From Chloroflexota bacterium (lineage in GTDB: Bacteria > Chloroflexota > UBA11872 > VXOZ01), in contig OY760183.1 in assembly GCA_963663275.1 (NCBI GenBank), positions 1,344,001 to 1,408,000 of the forward strand: a stretch of 64,000 nucleotides of DNA, in the 5' to 3' direction. Below are positions 1 to 11,492 of this stretch, in pieces. Within the stretch, counting starts at the first letter, position 1, and each line of letters begins with the position of its first letter. The position numbers were made by a program, and so were the translations under genes. Below the pieces are notes generated by a model. That model was not told the origin of the DNA, ran no database searches, and worked only from the letters and a program-made list of their open reading frames with translations.

Positions 1-63
1 AAACCTTTTCACCCCCATCCCAGCCTTCCCCCTCAGTGGGGAAGGGGTTTTGCCAAGGTATCC
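1..63. mobile_element. Right part of a ~140-bp MITE (family A), cut by the window edge
   Basis: Matches the 3' half of 17205-17346 (cacccccatcccagccttcccc...ggggaaggggttttgc), ending in a degenerate TIR tgccaaggtatcc. Confidence 0.65.
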
Positions 64-205
64 CGGGAGAGGCTGACAGGTGGGGTGAACCTTCTGTGCG
101 GGGCGCGTGGTGTTACAATGGCCGCAACGGTCAATGCCGGACAGGGCTGCGCACGCGGCCGGCCTTGCGCAACGAACGCCGACAGAAGAAGGAGAGAGCA
201 TTCAG

Positions 206-1195
206 ATGAACGCTGCTGCCGACCAAACGACGTATTCAGGGGCGGATGAAGAAATCTTCAAGCGCGCTTTCTCGGACCCGATTATCGAGAACGAGATGGT
301 CTATCCCGCGCTGACGACGCTCGACTGCATCTACAACGCCAATGCAACGCTGATCATGCCGGTGGAGCATTTCTTCACGGCGTATGAAGACCTGGAGATC
401 GAGGAGGCGGAGCCGCTGACGCTGGACGGCGGGGCTACCCGCCTCTTGCGCGTCACGTACACGCTGGGCGGCGCCACGTACCACGGACACGCCTACGCGC
501 CGGCAGACCCGCAGACCGGCCAACCCGCGTCGCTGATCATCCCGGGCAGCGGACTCAATTGCTCCGAACCGATCTACCGCAACGATCCGCAGAGCTACCA
601 CTACGGCATTATCGACGCGCTGGGCGCGGGCATCACGAACTACGTCTTCATCAAGCCCAACGAGGATTGCCTGGCCTTCCACAACGGCGCGGGCAAGGTC
701 ACGGGCGACTTCTTCATCAACTGGCTGCTGAATAACGCCACGTCCTATTCAGCCGCGTACATCGTGAGCGCGATGGCCATCACCAAGTACCTCCAAGGGC
801 GGCACGACAAAGTGGTGGTAGCCGGTCTCTCGCAAGGCGGCGGCGCGGCGCTGCTGACCTCATTGCAGGCGCGGCCCACCGCCGCGGTCATCGCCTCCGG
901 TTTTTCCGTCATCATGGAGCGCATCCACTGGTCGGGCCACAACCAGATCATCATCCCCGGCATCGGCCAGGACTACAGCAACGAGAACGTGCGGGAGAAG
1001 ATCAAGGCCTCGCCGACGCAGTTCCTCTTCACCTACGGCCGGCAGGAAAGCGTCATCTACCGCATCGAGGCGGAAGAGCGCCTAAGCTGCGATTTCCTCG
1101 CCAATTGCCCCAACGTGCGCTGCGAATCCCACGACGAGGGCCACATCTTCCACGAGGCGATCACCAGCGACTTCCTGCGCGGTCTGGGCATGTGA
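206..1195 (+). CDS. Alpha/beta-hydrolase fold protein
   Basis: GLSQGG nucleophile elbow and C-terminal His (DEGHIF); ATG 206 preceded by aaggag; strong GC3 codon bias. Confidence 0.75.
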   Translation: MNAAADQTTYSGADEEIFKRAFSDPIIENEMVYPALTTLDCIYNANATLIMPVEHFFTAYEDLEIEEAEPLTLDGGATRLLRVTYTLGGATYHGHAYAPADPQTGQPASLIIPGSGLNCSEPIYRNDPQSYHYGIIDALGAGITNYVFIKPNEDCLAFHNGAGKVTGDFFINWLLNNATSYSAAYIVSAMAITKYLQGRHDKVVVAGLSQGGGAALLTSLQARPTAAVIASGFSVIMERIHWSGHNQIIIPGIGQDYSNENVREKIKASPTQFLFTYGRQESVIYRIEAEERLSCDFLANCPNVRCESHDEGHIFHEAITSDFLRGLGM

Positions 1196-1809
1196 GCCGT
1201 CTGATGCCGATAGCACGCAACAACGTAGACGGAACGGGGTTCAACCAGCGGTTGAGACTGCCATTTGAGTTGCGCGTACAGGACTTTCAAATGGCTATGC
1301 AGGACGTCTATGACTTTCTCTATGACGTCAATTCTCATCTCACCGGCAGGGGGCTGCAGCGGCTCGACGACATGCTGCGCCCCGCGATACTTTCGGGAGT
1401 TTTGTCAGACATTCTGACGGCCAGCCTGGCGAAGCATTCCCGCGTTCTCCGGGAAAACCGGTACCACAACGGACACCCGGACTTGGTTGTGCAAGGGGTT
1501 TACCCCCGTAACGCGGTCAAGGCGGGCACGGAGGGGGTGGAGGTCAAGACGACCCGGAAGGCCGGAGGCGCGGTTGACACTCACGGCGCGCGCGAGCAGT
1601 GGATGTGCGTCTTCGTCTACCGCGTGGACGTGGAGTCCGAACCGGCGCTCGAGCGCGCGCCGATGACGTTTACCGAGGTCTATCTTGGACACGTCACGAT
1701 CGAGGACTTTCGCAGAAATCCACGCAGCGAACTTGGCACCCGCACCGCGACGCTCCACAGGGACGGCATTCGGAAGTTGAGACAGAGTTGGGTCTATCGC
1801 GTGGATTGA
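1192..1809 (+). CDS. Putative type II restriction endonuclease, PD-(D/E)xK fold
   Basis: HPDL...GVEVK catalytic spacing; convergent with and overlapping a DNA methyltransferase. Start is GTG 1192 (overlaps upstream TGA) or ATG 1204. Confidence 0.7.
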   Translation: MSRLMPIARNNVDGTGFNQRLRLPFELRVQDFQMAMQDVYDFLYDVNSHLTGRGLQRLDDMLRPAILSGVLSDILTASLAKHSRVLRENRYHNGHPDLVVQGVYPRNAVKAGTEGVEVKTTRKAGGAVDTHGAREQWMCVFVYRVDVESEPALERAPMTFTEVYLGHVTIEDFRRNPRSELGTRTATLHRDGIRKLRQSWVYRVD

Positions 1810-2951
1810 ACGCCGTTGGGAGAGTATTGGATCAGCTTCGGGATGGCGTCGCTCGCGATTGCAAAGTAGCGTTCATCCTTCTCAACGCCGATGCTCGTGT
1901 AGCCTACGGCCTCCGCGGCGGCTAAGGTTGAGCCCGCGCCCGCGAATGGATCGAGGACGATGCCTTCGTCCAGCGGCAGCGCCGCGCGTACGAGTTGGCG
2001 CAAGAAGGACTGCGGCTTGAGGCTGGGGTGTGGCGCCAGGTCGCGTTCGGCTTTCCGGGTTGGCGCGGAAGCAATCACGTCGCCAAAGGGCTTGTCATCG
2101 CTTGGCCGGCGGAAGCCGCCGGTCTTCCACCGCCGCAGGTTGTCCTGCACTCTGCCTTCGATCGGTTTGCGGTACACGAGCCAGGGTTCCCACATCGAAC
2201 GGGGCATGACGCTTACGTCGGCAAACTCGTTGTGGGCCGCTTTGGGGCGATCGCCGCCGCGCATCGTCATCGTCAGCCGCACGATTTCGCCGCGCCGCTC
2301 CAGGCCGGCTTCCGCCAGCGCCGCCGAGACCAGGTACGAGACGAGAGGGTTGGACGCGACGATGACGTGCGCGCCCGGGACCAATTTCGGCAGCAGTAGG
2401 CGCGCCCACACGAAGAAGAAGGCTCTGATTTGCTTGAGTTGCTCGTCGGTGAGCGTGGTAAAGCGGGGCACGGGAGAGCGCAAATGGCCGTCGAATGACG
2501 GCGGCAAACGCCAGACGCCGCCTCTGCCCTTGCGCAGTTTCGCTTGCTGCTCGTCCGTGTATTCATGAAGTCCGTACGGCGGATCCGTGACAACGGCGTG
2601 AATGCTATTGTCCGGCTGCTGTCCCAGCCAATCGAAGCAGTCGGCGTGATGCAGCGTGGCGCGGCCAAAGGCGACCGGAGGCTCGAAGGTTCGCGCCGGA
2701 GGCATTGCCCGCTGTATGGCGGCATCCGGGACCTGGCGCAGTGTGTACACTCCCCGTTCTTCGCGCGCGAACAGGTGCGGCGTGTTCAGGCGGAGATAGG
2801 AGCGAACGGAGGACTCTTTGACCGGCCCGACGACTTGGGAGACGCGGTCGCCGATCTCCTTAGCCGTCAGACCCTTCGAGGTAAACGACATTACCTGTAG
2901 GATGCCGTCGCGCACTCGTCCGGGCGCGCGCCTGTTTTGGCTCTCTTCCAT
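1794..2951 (-). CDS. Beta-class N4/N6 DNA methyltransferase with N-terminal winged-helix-like extension
   Basis: VVTDPPY (motif IV) precedes HPSLKP and DPFAGAGST (motif I), the beta order. ATG 2951 chosen; ORF is open to 2990. Confidence 0.9.
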   Translation of the reverse strand: MEESQNRRAPGRVRDGILQVMSFTSKGLTAKEIGDRVSQVVGPVKESSVRSYLRLNTPHLFAREERGVYTLRQVPDAAIQRAMPPARTFEPPVAFGRATLHHADCFDWLGQQPDNSIHAVVTDPPYGLHEYTDEQQAKLRKGRGGVWRLPPSFDGHLRSPVPRFTTLTDEQLKQIRAFFFVWARLLLPKLVPGAHVIVASNPLVSYLVSAALAEAGLERRGEIVRLTMTMRGGDRPKAAHNEFADVSVMPRSMWEPWLVYRKPIEGRVQDNLRRWKTGGFRRPSDDKPFGDVIASAPTRKAERDLAPHPSLKPQSFLRQLVRAALPLDEGIVLDPFAGAGSTLAAAEAVGYTSIGVEKDERYFAIASDAIPKLIQYSPNGVQSTR

Positions 2952-3047
2952 AGTGTTCTCAAGTATAGACGTCTGGACGTCTTTCGTCAAGAAGACGCGC
3001 GCCCGTTTTCAGCGTAATCGCCTTTTGTACGGTTAGGTTAAAGGGGA

Positions 3048-3938
3048 TCAGGAAATTGCGACGAACGTCTCCAGGGCGACGAAGATGAAGAACACCGCCG
3101 AGAGGGAGCTATTGACGTGGAAGAAGGCGGTGTTGACGCGGGTGAGGTCGCGGGGGGTGACGAGCAGGTGTTCCCAGACGAGCAAGGCGGTGGTGGCGGC
3201 CACGCCGAGCCAGTAGAAGAGGCCCAGGCCGAGCAGCGCGCCCACGGCCGCCAGGCAGAGCGCGGTGACGGTGTGGGAGACGGCGGAACAGATTAGCGCG
3301 CCCGGGATGCCGAATCGGGCCGGGACGGAATAGAGGCCCTCGCGCAGGTCGACCTCGTAGTCCTGGCAGGCGTAGATCATGTCGAAGCCGGCCATCCAGG
3401 TTACCACCGCCGCGCCCAAGAGCACCGTGCTCCACGCGAATTCGCCGGTGACGGCAATCCAGCCGCCCATGGGGGCCATGGAGCCGGATACGCCCAGCGC
3501 GAAGTGGCTGAGCCAGGTGAAGCGCTTGGTGTAGGAGTAGAACACCAGCCAGAAGATCGCCACCGGCGAGAGCAGCGCGCAGAGCGGGTTGAGCATGGCC
3601 GCCGCGAGCACCATCAGCGCCAGGTTGAAGATGCTCGCGCCCCACATGAATCGCGGCGTGAGGATGCCGCGCGGCAGGGCGCGGATGGCGGTGCGCGGGT
3701 TGCGGCTGTCCAGGTGGCGGTCGATGATGCGGTTGAGAGACATGGCGGCGGTCCGGCCCGCGGTCATGGCCACGGTGACCCAGATGAATTGCCACCAGGT
3801 GGGCCAGCCGCCAGCCGCCAGCAGCATGGCGAGATAGGCGAACGGCAGCGTGAAGGCCGCGTGTTCGATCTTGATCGCTTCCAGGAAGACCGGCACTTTG
3901 CGTAGGATTGACCCCATGGAGGCGGACGTTGCGCTCAT
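3048..3938 (-). CDS. ubiA: UbiA-family prenyltransferase (MqnP-like)
   Basis: NRIIDRHLDSRNPRT and YACQD Asp-rich motifs, YSYTKRF, multiple TM helices. Confidence 0.88.
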   Translation of the reverse strand: MSATSASMGSILRKVPVFLEAIKIEHAAFTLPFAYLAMLLAAGGWPTWWQFIWVTVAMTAGRTAAMSLNRIIDRHLDSRNPRTAIRALPRGILTPRFMWGASIFNLALMVLAAAMLNPLCALLSPVAIFWLVFYSYTKRFTWLSHFALGVSGSMAPMGGWIAVTGEFAWSTVLLGAAVVTWMAGFDMIYACQDYEVDLREGLYSVPARFGIPGALICSAVSHTVTALCLAAVGALLGLGLFYWLGVAATTALLVWEHLLVTPRDLTRVNTAFFHVNSSLSAVFFIFVALETFVAIS

Positions 3939-4021
3939 GGCGGTTTTCTAACTCAACCTTTAGCTATGCGTGGATTTGAGAGCGAAAGCCACATTTCACG
4001 AGCCTCTTCTGTTCCGGCGCC

Positions 4022-4250
4022 GGCGGGGGACAAGCCCCCGCGCTACGTTAATGCGACAGCATTGGGGACAAGCCCCCGCGCTACGTTGACGTGACAGCAT
4101 TTGGGGTAAGTCTCCGGGCTACGTGTTATTTTCCGGTGTCGCGCTAAGAGGGCAGGATTGAAACCTGCGCTACGGTTGCCAGTTGCCCCGGTTCCCGATT
4201 GTTAGAAGTCCGTTCCACGCCGGTAGGGGCACGACATGTCGTGCCCCTAC
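4022..4250. repeat. Cluster of GTAG-type REP-like palindromes
   Basis: ggggacaagcccccgcgctac x2 plus a degenerate copy, gcaggattgaaacctgcgctac, and gtaggggcacgacatgtcgtgcccctac; the same units recur across the window. Confidence 0.8.
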
Positions 4251-4289
4251 CGGCGCATTGATGCGCGCGGGGCAGCGCGGGTGGCAGGC

Positions 4290-4877
4290 TCATGCGTCGA
4301 GCATCTCCGCCAGCAGTGTCTCCATGGTCGCAAGCGGCAGCGGGCCGATGAACTTGGCGGCAATCGTGCCGTCCGGTGTAATGAAGAAGGTTTCCGGAAT
4401 GCCGGAGACGCCGTACTCGATGGCGATCTTGCCGTTGGGATCGGGCCCGCTGGGGTAGGTCTGGCCGTAGACCTTGCGGAACTCGGCCGCGCTGGCTTCA
4501 GAGTCCCACAGGTTGACGCCCAGGACGACCACGCCGCGGTTCCGGTAGCGCACGTGGGTTTCCTCCAGCGTGGGCGCCTCGGCGCGGCAGGGGGCGCACC
4601 AGGAGGCCCAGAAGTTCACGACCACCGCCTGGCCGCGCAAGTCGCTCAAGCGCACCACGCGCCCGTCGCTCAGCGTCAGGGCAAAGTCCGGCGCGGGCCG
4701 GTTGTCCTGGCGGATGAGAGTCGGCTCCAGGTTGACGCCGGGCGAAAAGCCTCCCAGTTGGCCGCTTTGCGTCAGCGTGTAGTAGAGCAGCGCCAGCAGC
4801 CCCGCGATCATCGCCGCGAAGAGCGGTACCAGGATGTAGCGCAGCGGAATGCCGCGCGGCGGCCCGGCGGCCCTCAC
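4290..4877 (-). CDS. TlpA/ResA/DsbE-family thiol-disulfide oxidoreductase
   Basis: N-terminal TM, NFWASWCAPC and GIPETFFI; GTG 4877 overlaps the upstream TGA. Confidence 0.88.
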   Translation of the reverse strand: MRAAGPPRGIPLRYILVPLFAAMIAGLLALLYYTLTQSGQLGGFSPGVNLEPTLIRQDNRPAPDFALTLSDGRVVRLSDLRGQAVVVNFWASWCAPCRAEAPTLEETHVRYRNRGVVVLGVNLWDSEASAAEFRKVYGQTYPSGPDPNGKIAIEYGVSGIPETFFITPDGTIAAKFIGPLPLATMETLLAEMLDA

Positions 4878-5677
4878 TGCACGATCTCCCAGATACGCTC
4901 GACCAGATAGGCGAGGTCGTCGCCGCGAAAGACGGCGGTGCGCCCGTCGAGCCGCTCCTGCCGCCGGGAACTGAAGACCGTCCGGTCCCAGACCTCGGTT
5001 TGCGCGACGGTAACCTGAATCTCGAAAGGCGGCTCCAGCGCCAACGGCGCCGGCAGGGAACCGGCGGTGAGCGCGCCGCGCACTGCTTCGCCAAGTTCCT
5101 CGCGCACCGCTGCCGGGATGCGCAGTTTGGCGGCCTGGAAGCCAAAACCCCACTTGGTCGTGCACGCGCGCGCGCCGGGCAGCAGCGCCTCGGCCTCTGC
5201 GCAGGCGTGATTGTCGCCGCTTACCAGCGCCACCGGCACGTTGTGCGCGCCGCAGAGGGCGGCGTGGATGCCAATCGTTCCCAGGCCCAACCCGTTTGCC
5301 AGCACACGTGAAATCTCCGGGGCAAGCGTTTGGCAGAGCACCGCGCCCCACGTGCCGGCCTTGGCCGGGTGCCCCAGCAGGATGGCGGCGTCCGCGCCGG
5401 CAAGCTCGGGAAACCGCACCTGCCGCTGCTCGCCAAAGACGTACGTTGCGCCGGGATGCAGCCGGTCTTCGTGAAACGGCACGAGTCCGGTGGCGTCGTG
5501 CACGATGATTTCCTGCGCGCCGGCCTGCTGCGCGCCGGTCACCGCGGCCGCTATTTCCCGCGCCATGAGCGTGCGCGCTTCCTCATAGAGGAACGGGGCT
5601 TCACTCCGCGGGTCTATCTGGTCGCGATGGACGACGCCGGCGGTACCGGCGAAGAGGGAGATGATGACGACTTTCAC
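4874..5677 (-). CDS. Peptidase M55 (DppA-like) homologue with degenerate metal ligands
   Basis: Overall DppA pattern (REIAAAVTGA..AGA.EIIVHD; VPVALVSGD..AC.EA..LLP; DGRTAVFRG). GTG 5677 chosen by analogy with the DppA N-terminus. Confidence 0.8.
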   Translation of the reverse strand: MKVVIISLFAGTAGVVHRDQIDPRSEAPFLYEEARTLMAREIAAAVTGAQQAGAQEIIVHDATGLVPFHEDRLHPGATYVFGEQRQVRFPELAGADAAILLGHPAKAGTWGAVLCQTLAPEISRVLANGLGLGTIGIHAALCGAHNVPVALVSGDNHACAEAEALLPGARACTTKWGFGFQAAKLRIPAAVREELGEAVRGALTAGSLPAPLALEPPFEIQVTVAQTEVWDRTVFSSRRQERLDGRTAVFRGDDLAYLVERIWEIVQ

Positions 5678-5727
5678 GTAAGAGTCTCTTGGCAAACGCG
5701 GTGCAACGTGCTTCTCCGGGCGCGTGA

Positions 5728-6906
5728 CTACATCGTCGGCCCGATGCGGTGCGGCGCGAATTCGCGGTGGCCGAGAATTTCAGTGGCGGTGAGCAGGCCG
5801 TTGACGGTATCCAGGGTGAGGTCGAACAACCGCTCGCCGAGTTCGCGGATGCTGGCCGTGCCATCCAGCACCGGCACGCCGGAAAAGTCGATGTTGTCCT
5901 GCATGCGCTCCACAGTTTGCGGATTGGCGCACACTTTGATGACCGGGGCGATGGGATTGCCCAGCGGCGAGCCGCGTCCGGTGGTGAAGATGCACGCCTG
6001 CGCGCCGCCGGCGATCATGCCGGTTACCGATTCCGAGTCGTAGCCCGGCGTATCCATCACCACCAGCCCCTTCTTGGTGGGGTAGTCGGCGTAGCCGATC
6101 ACCTCTTCCAGGACGGTCGTGCCGCCCTTGTAGATGCAGCCCAGGGATTTTTCCTCTATTGTCGTCAGGCCGCCCTGGATGTTGCCGGGCGCGGGATTGG
6201 CGCCGCGGATCGAGACGCCCATCTTCAGCGCGTCCTCTTCCGCCTTGCGCACCACGGCGATAAGCTGTTCGCCGATTTCCGGTTCGCGGGCGCGTTGGGC
6301 GAAGATGTGTTCCGCGCCGATGAATTCCGCGGCCTCGCTGATCATCACCGTGGCGCCGGCCTCCACCAGCATGTCGGAGACCACGCCGGTAATGGGATTG
6401 CTGGACAAGCCGCTGGTGGTGTCCGAACCGCCGCACTCCGTGGCAAGCACCAGTTCCGAGAGGGGAACTTCCTCCCGCTGCATGGTGGAGAGTTGGGCCT
6501 GGAGTTTCTGCGCCATCTGCGCGCCTTCCTGGATGGTGCGGATGGAGCCGCCGGCCTCCTGGATGACGATGAGTTCCACCGGCTTGCCGGTCTTGGCGAT
6601 GCCTTCGGCAATCAGGGGCGCTTCCGCCGTTTCGCAGCCCAGTCCCACCACGATGGCCGCGCCGACGTTGGGATTGCTGCCGGTGCCCACCATGGTGCGC
6701 ACGAAGAGGTCCGCGTCCGGCCCCAGTTGGCCGCAGCCGTACTGGTGTATGGTCGTCACCGCGCCGGGCACCAGTTCCGTAATGCGCTGGCCCACGGTTG
6801 ACGAACAAATCACCGACGGCAGGATTGCCAGGTGGTTGCGCGCGCCCACGCGGCCGTCGGGCCGGCGGTAGCCTTGGAAAGTCTCTGCACGTGCCACGGT
6901 GTCCAC
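5728..6906 (-). CDS. UxaA/GarD-family dehydratase, large (beta) subunit without SAF domain
   Basis: GYRRPDGRVGARN, VGLGCE, ECGGSD, GGLTTIEEKSLG and FTTGRG motifs. Confidence 0.88.
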   Translation of the reverse strand: MDTVARAETFQGYRRPDGRVGARNHLAILPSVICSSTVGQRITELVPGAVTTIHQYGCGQLGPDADLFVRTMVGTGSNPNVGAAIVVGLGCETAEAPLIAEGIAKTGKPVELIVIQEAGGSIRTIQEGAQMAQKLQAQLSTMQREEVPLSELVLATECGGSDTTSGLSSNPITGVVSDMLVEAGATVMISEAAEFIGAEHIFAQRAREPEIGEQLIAVVRKAEEDALKMGVSIRGANPAPGNIQGGLTTIEEKSLGCIYKGGTTVLEEVIGYADYPTKKGLVVMDTPGYDSESVTGMIAGGAQACIFTTGRGSPLGNPIAPVIKVCANPQTVERMQDNIDFSGVPVLDGTASIRELGERLFDLTLDTVNGLLTATEILGHREFAPHRIGPTM

Positions 6907-7059
6907 TCCCTCTTGCGGCCGCTCTTAGAGCCGCGGCCGGTCCATCTCGCGTTGCTCACCATCGTATTGTACTCTTCTTGTGGAATTGGTGTTGCCTGCG
7001 TGCGGATCAGGGCAGCGGCGGAGCGCGCCGGGTCCCGCGCCTCTTGTCCCCTCTCCTGG

Positions 7060-7292
7060 GCTGACAGGGGTAGGCAACTGTCATTCCGAGCGGAGCGAGG
7101 AATCTAGAACTGCTGGATTTGCGGCTCCCCGCTCTAGATTCCGCGAACAGGGTTCGACTCTCCGCTGCGCTCCGCTCGGAATGACAAGCGATGTCCCCTC
7201 GCCCTTCCTCGTCACCCTCCCCTATTTCTCCGCCTTTTACAACTATACAAATGACACGTTAAGCCGATTCAAGAGTGCCTACCCCTGTCAGC
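7060..7292. mobile_element. MITE family B, 17-bp TIRs and 9-bp target duplication
   Basis: gctgacaggggtaggca ... tgcctacccctgtcagc flanked by ctctcctgg at 7051-7059 and 7293-7301; contains a tgtcattccgagcggagcg inverted pair. Confidence 0.85.
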
Positions 7293-7415
7293 CTCTCCTG
7301 GGGGAGAGGGTTAGGGTGAGGGGGATTTCGCGGTGATTCATACCCAATTCTTGCGAAATGAGTCGCTACCAACGGAGATTCCCCCTCACCCCGGCCCTCT
7401 CCCCAGGGAGAGGGA
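7293..7415. repeat. Inverted pair of ccctcacccnnnccctctcc-gggagaggg hairpin repeats
   Basis: Same unit seen near 39887, 45572, 46365 and, degenerate, near 54274. Confidence 0.75.
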
Positions 7416-7600
7416 GTCTGATCGCGCGCCGGCCTATGGTACGCAGCCGGCCTATGGCACGCAGCCGACCGATGGTGCGCAAAGGTCTCCGTAGGGTCAT
7501 GAGGGCCGGCGCGGCGCGCCGCTCGCGGCAGAGCGCGTCGCACGCGGACGCCAGGTTTTTGCAAGAAAGCGCCCGATTCCGTGCACATTTTGAGGTTAAT

Positions 7601-7629
7601 TTGACATTGTAAGGCATGTAGCGTACCGT
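7601..7629 (+). promoter_or_regulatory. Putative sigma70-type promoter of groEL
   Basis: TTGACA-17 bp-TACCGT; no CIRCE inverted repeat seen. Confidence 0.5.
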
Positions 7630-7754
7630 GAATCACTGTGCGTTCGCACGATTCTGCTTGAAACGACGCACGCGACGTTCTGCGACCCGGCAAGCGAGAA
7701 AACGATCTGCCGGGCGCTTGAAGCCGGAATTTGCCGAATGAGGAGACTAGCTAG

Positions 7755-9377
<1,623 letters not shown>

Positions 9378-9404
9378 ATCTCGATTGCGCCGGACGCATA
9401 CGCT

Positions 9405-9437
9405 AAGCCCCTCTCGAGCGAGAGGGGCTTTCTCTTG
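9405..9437 (+). terminator. Putative intrinsic terminator
   Basis: aagcccctctc-gagc-gagaggggctt followed by tctctt. Confidence 0.6.
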
Positions 9438-9583
9438 CCATCCCCCGAATAATCTGGCAAGGCCGTGGTGATCGCAGCGCGCCTTCCATTTCGATAGACG
9501 AAACCCAGAATGCGCGGCGGCGGCTGGTGCTAGAATGTACGGCAAGGAGTGAAGCCGGGCGCCGCTGCAAAGGAGACGAAATC

Positions 9584-10201
9584 ATGAATAAGCGCGCATT
9601 GCTGATTGCTCTTGGCTTAGTCGTCGTGGTGATCGGTGGAGCGGCGGGTTGGTGGCTGGGGTCGCCGCTGTTCATCGATACGGAGGTCGCGGAGGAGTTG
9701 CCGTTCGAGATTCCGACCGAGGCGGAAATGGAGGCAATGTCGGAAGATGAGCTGGCCAAGGTGACCGCGGACGTGTTGGACGCGGCGGCCAAGATGCCGG
9801 ACACGGAGATGGAAGAAGAGATGCCGGAAATGGCGGACGACGCCCAGCCGGTGGCGGTGGCGCGGGGCGACTTCCGCGGCGCGGACGAATTCCACATGGG
9901 CGCCGGCACGGTGACGCTCTACCGCCTGGCGGACGGCTCGCACCTGCTGCGGTTCGAGGACTTCCGCGTCACCAACGGCCCGCAACTCCACGTGCTGCTG
10001 GCGAACCACGCGCAACCCGCCAGCCGCGAGGACGTGGACGAGGGCTACGTCGATCTGGGCGGGCTGAAAGGCAACGTGGGCAGCCAGAACTACACCATTG
10101 CCGCCGACGTCGCCATCGACCCGGTCAAGAGCATCGTCATCTACTGCAAGCCCTTCCGGGTGGTCTTTGCCACGGCAACGCTCAGCAGCGGCGGGAGCTA
10201 G
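9584..10201 (+). CDS. DM13 domain membrane-anchored protein
   Basis: N-terminal TM; FRVTNGPQLHV, DLGGLKGNVGSQNY, IVIYCKPF; RBS aaggag. Confidence 0.85.
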   Translation: MNKRALLIALGLVVVVIGGAAGWWLGSPLFIDTEVAEELPFEIPTEAEMEAMSEDELAKVTADVLDAAAKMPDTEMEEEMPEMADDAQPVAVARGDFRGADEFHMGAGTVTLYRLADGSHLLRFEDFRVTNGPQLHVLLANHAQPASREDVDEGYVDLGGLKGNVGSQNYTIAADVAIDPVKSIVIYCKPFRVVFATATLSSGGS

Positions 10202-10309
10202 GCGGAGAAGATGGATTCCCGCGTGCGCGGGAATGACGGACCGGGTTGGCGTCTTTTGCCGCAGTAGCGCGGGGGCTTGTCCCCCGCTTGGCCCGGGCGA
10301 AGACCCTGT

Positions 10310-11239
10310 TTACGCCGGGTCCGGGGCGGGTGGTTCCGCGTGGGCGCTGGCTGGCTGGGCGTGTTCACTTTGGCGCGTGAGCGGCCAGAAGAAGAGCGCC
10401 GTGGCGGCGGCCATGATCAGGGAGGCGATGAAGACGTGCGCCACGCGCAGCGCGTCGGGCAGCCCCATCCGCACCTGGGCAAAACCAATCGTAATCTGCA
10501 GGGCGACCAGCGCAATGGCGAGCACGCCAAGCCAGCGCGACCTGCCGTGATCCAGGCGCGCGCGCCAGCCCGCCAGCAGTGCTATCGCTAGCGAGAAAAC
10601 GTACGCGGCGTAGCGGTGTCCCATGTGCACCTCTTCGAGGATGCGGGTTGAGCCGCCGTCGCAGGTCAGGTAGCCCTGGCAGGCAATGCCCGCCGCCATG
10701 CCCACCACGAACGCGCCGGAGACCACCACCAGCAGTCCGCCAATCAGGGCGGCAATCCCGCGCCACCTGGGAAGCCCGCTCACACTGAGCGCGCGGTTGT
10801 GCACCTGCACCGCGGCCAGCACCGTGATGGAGAGGAAGAGCATGCCAATCGTGAGGTGCGAGCCCACGAGCAGGGCCGGCAATTCCGTCAGCACGGTAAC
10901 CGCGCCGAGCAGGATTTGCGCGACCAGCAGTACCGTCGCCACCGAAAGGATGGTGCGCACTTCTCTCATGCGCCCTTTGCCGAACCACGACCAGAGCAGC
11001 ACCCGAATCACGCTGATGGTCAGGAAGAACGCCAGCAGGCGGTGGATGAACTCGAGGACGGCCGCGGTCTCGAAAGGCGGTATCACCTGGCCCGAACAGA
11101 GCGGCCAATCCGGGCAGCCCAGGCCGGAGCCCGTTGCCCGCACTACCGCTCCCCACAGGATGAGCAAGAGCACCTGAAAGACGACGCCCCACATTGCCAC
11201 TTTCGCTTGGGTTTCGGCACGGTTCAGGGCGTCAGACAC
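10310..11239 (-). CDS. ctaA: Heme A synthase (CtaA/COX15 family)
   Basis: GSGLGCPDWPLC and EFIHR, plus later conserved His residues in TM helices; GTG 11239 with aggag RBS. Confidence 0.85.
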   Translation of the reverse strand: MSDALNRAETQAKVAMWGVVFQVLLLILWGAVVRATGSGLGCPDWPLCSGQVIPPFETAAVLEFIHRLLAFFLTISVIRVLLWSWFGKGRMREVRTILSVATVLLVAQILLGAVTVLTELPALLVGSHLTIGMLFLSITVLAAVQVHNRALSVSGLPRWRGIAALIGGLLVVVSGAFVVGMAAGIACQGYLTCDGGSTRILEEVHMGHRYAAYVFSLAIALLAGWRARLDHGRSRWLGVLAIALVALQITIGFAQVRMGLPDALRVAHVFIASLIMAAATALFFWPLTRQSEHAQPASAHAEPPAPDPA

Positions 11240-11492
11240 GGGATTCTCCTCTCGCAAGGCGCGCGGCGTTCCGTATAGCACTATACGCGCTGTGGCGGTG
11301 TGAACGCAATCGGCGCAAGTTGCCAGGCGTCCGCTGCCGTGTCATTATCAGGGACGGAACCGACGCCCGCAATATGCGGCATACCGGCCTGTGCGTTTCC
11401 GGCGGGATAACGCTCGAGAGCGTACAGAGCGGGTGGGCAGGCCGATTACGAAGGCGTACAAGCAGGGCGCACAGCGCAAGGAGGAACCCTCG

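Noticed and set aside
70-82. Third MITE-B end (ggctgacagg)
   Set aside because: Only 10 bp match and no partner TIR.
4878-5351. N-terminal extension of the 353-aa TlpA ORF
   Set aside because: Overlaps the M55 homologue in another frame; GTG 4877 gives a normal TlpA.
7427-7481. 18-bp tandem repeat x3 upstream of groEL as a heat-shock operator
   Set aside because: No resemblance to CIRCE or HAIR; more likely local slippage.
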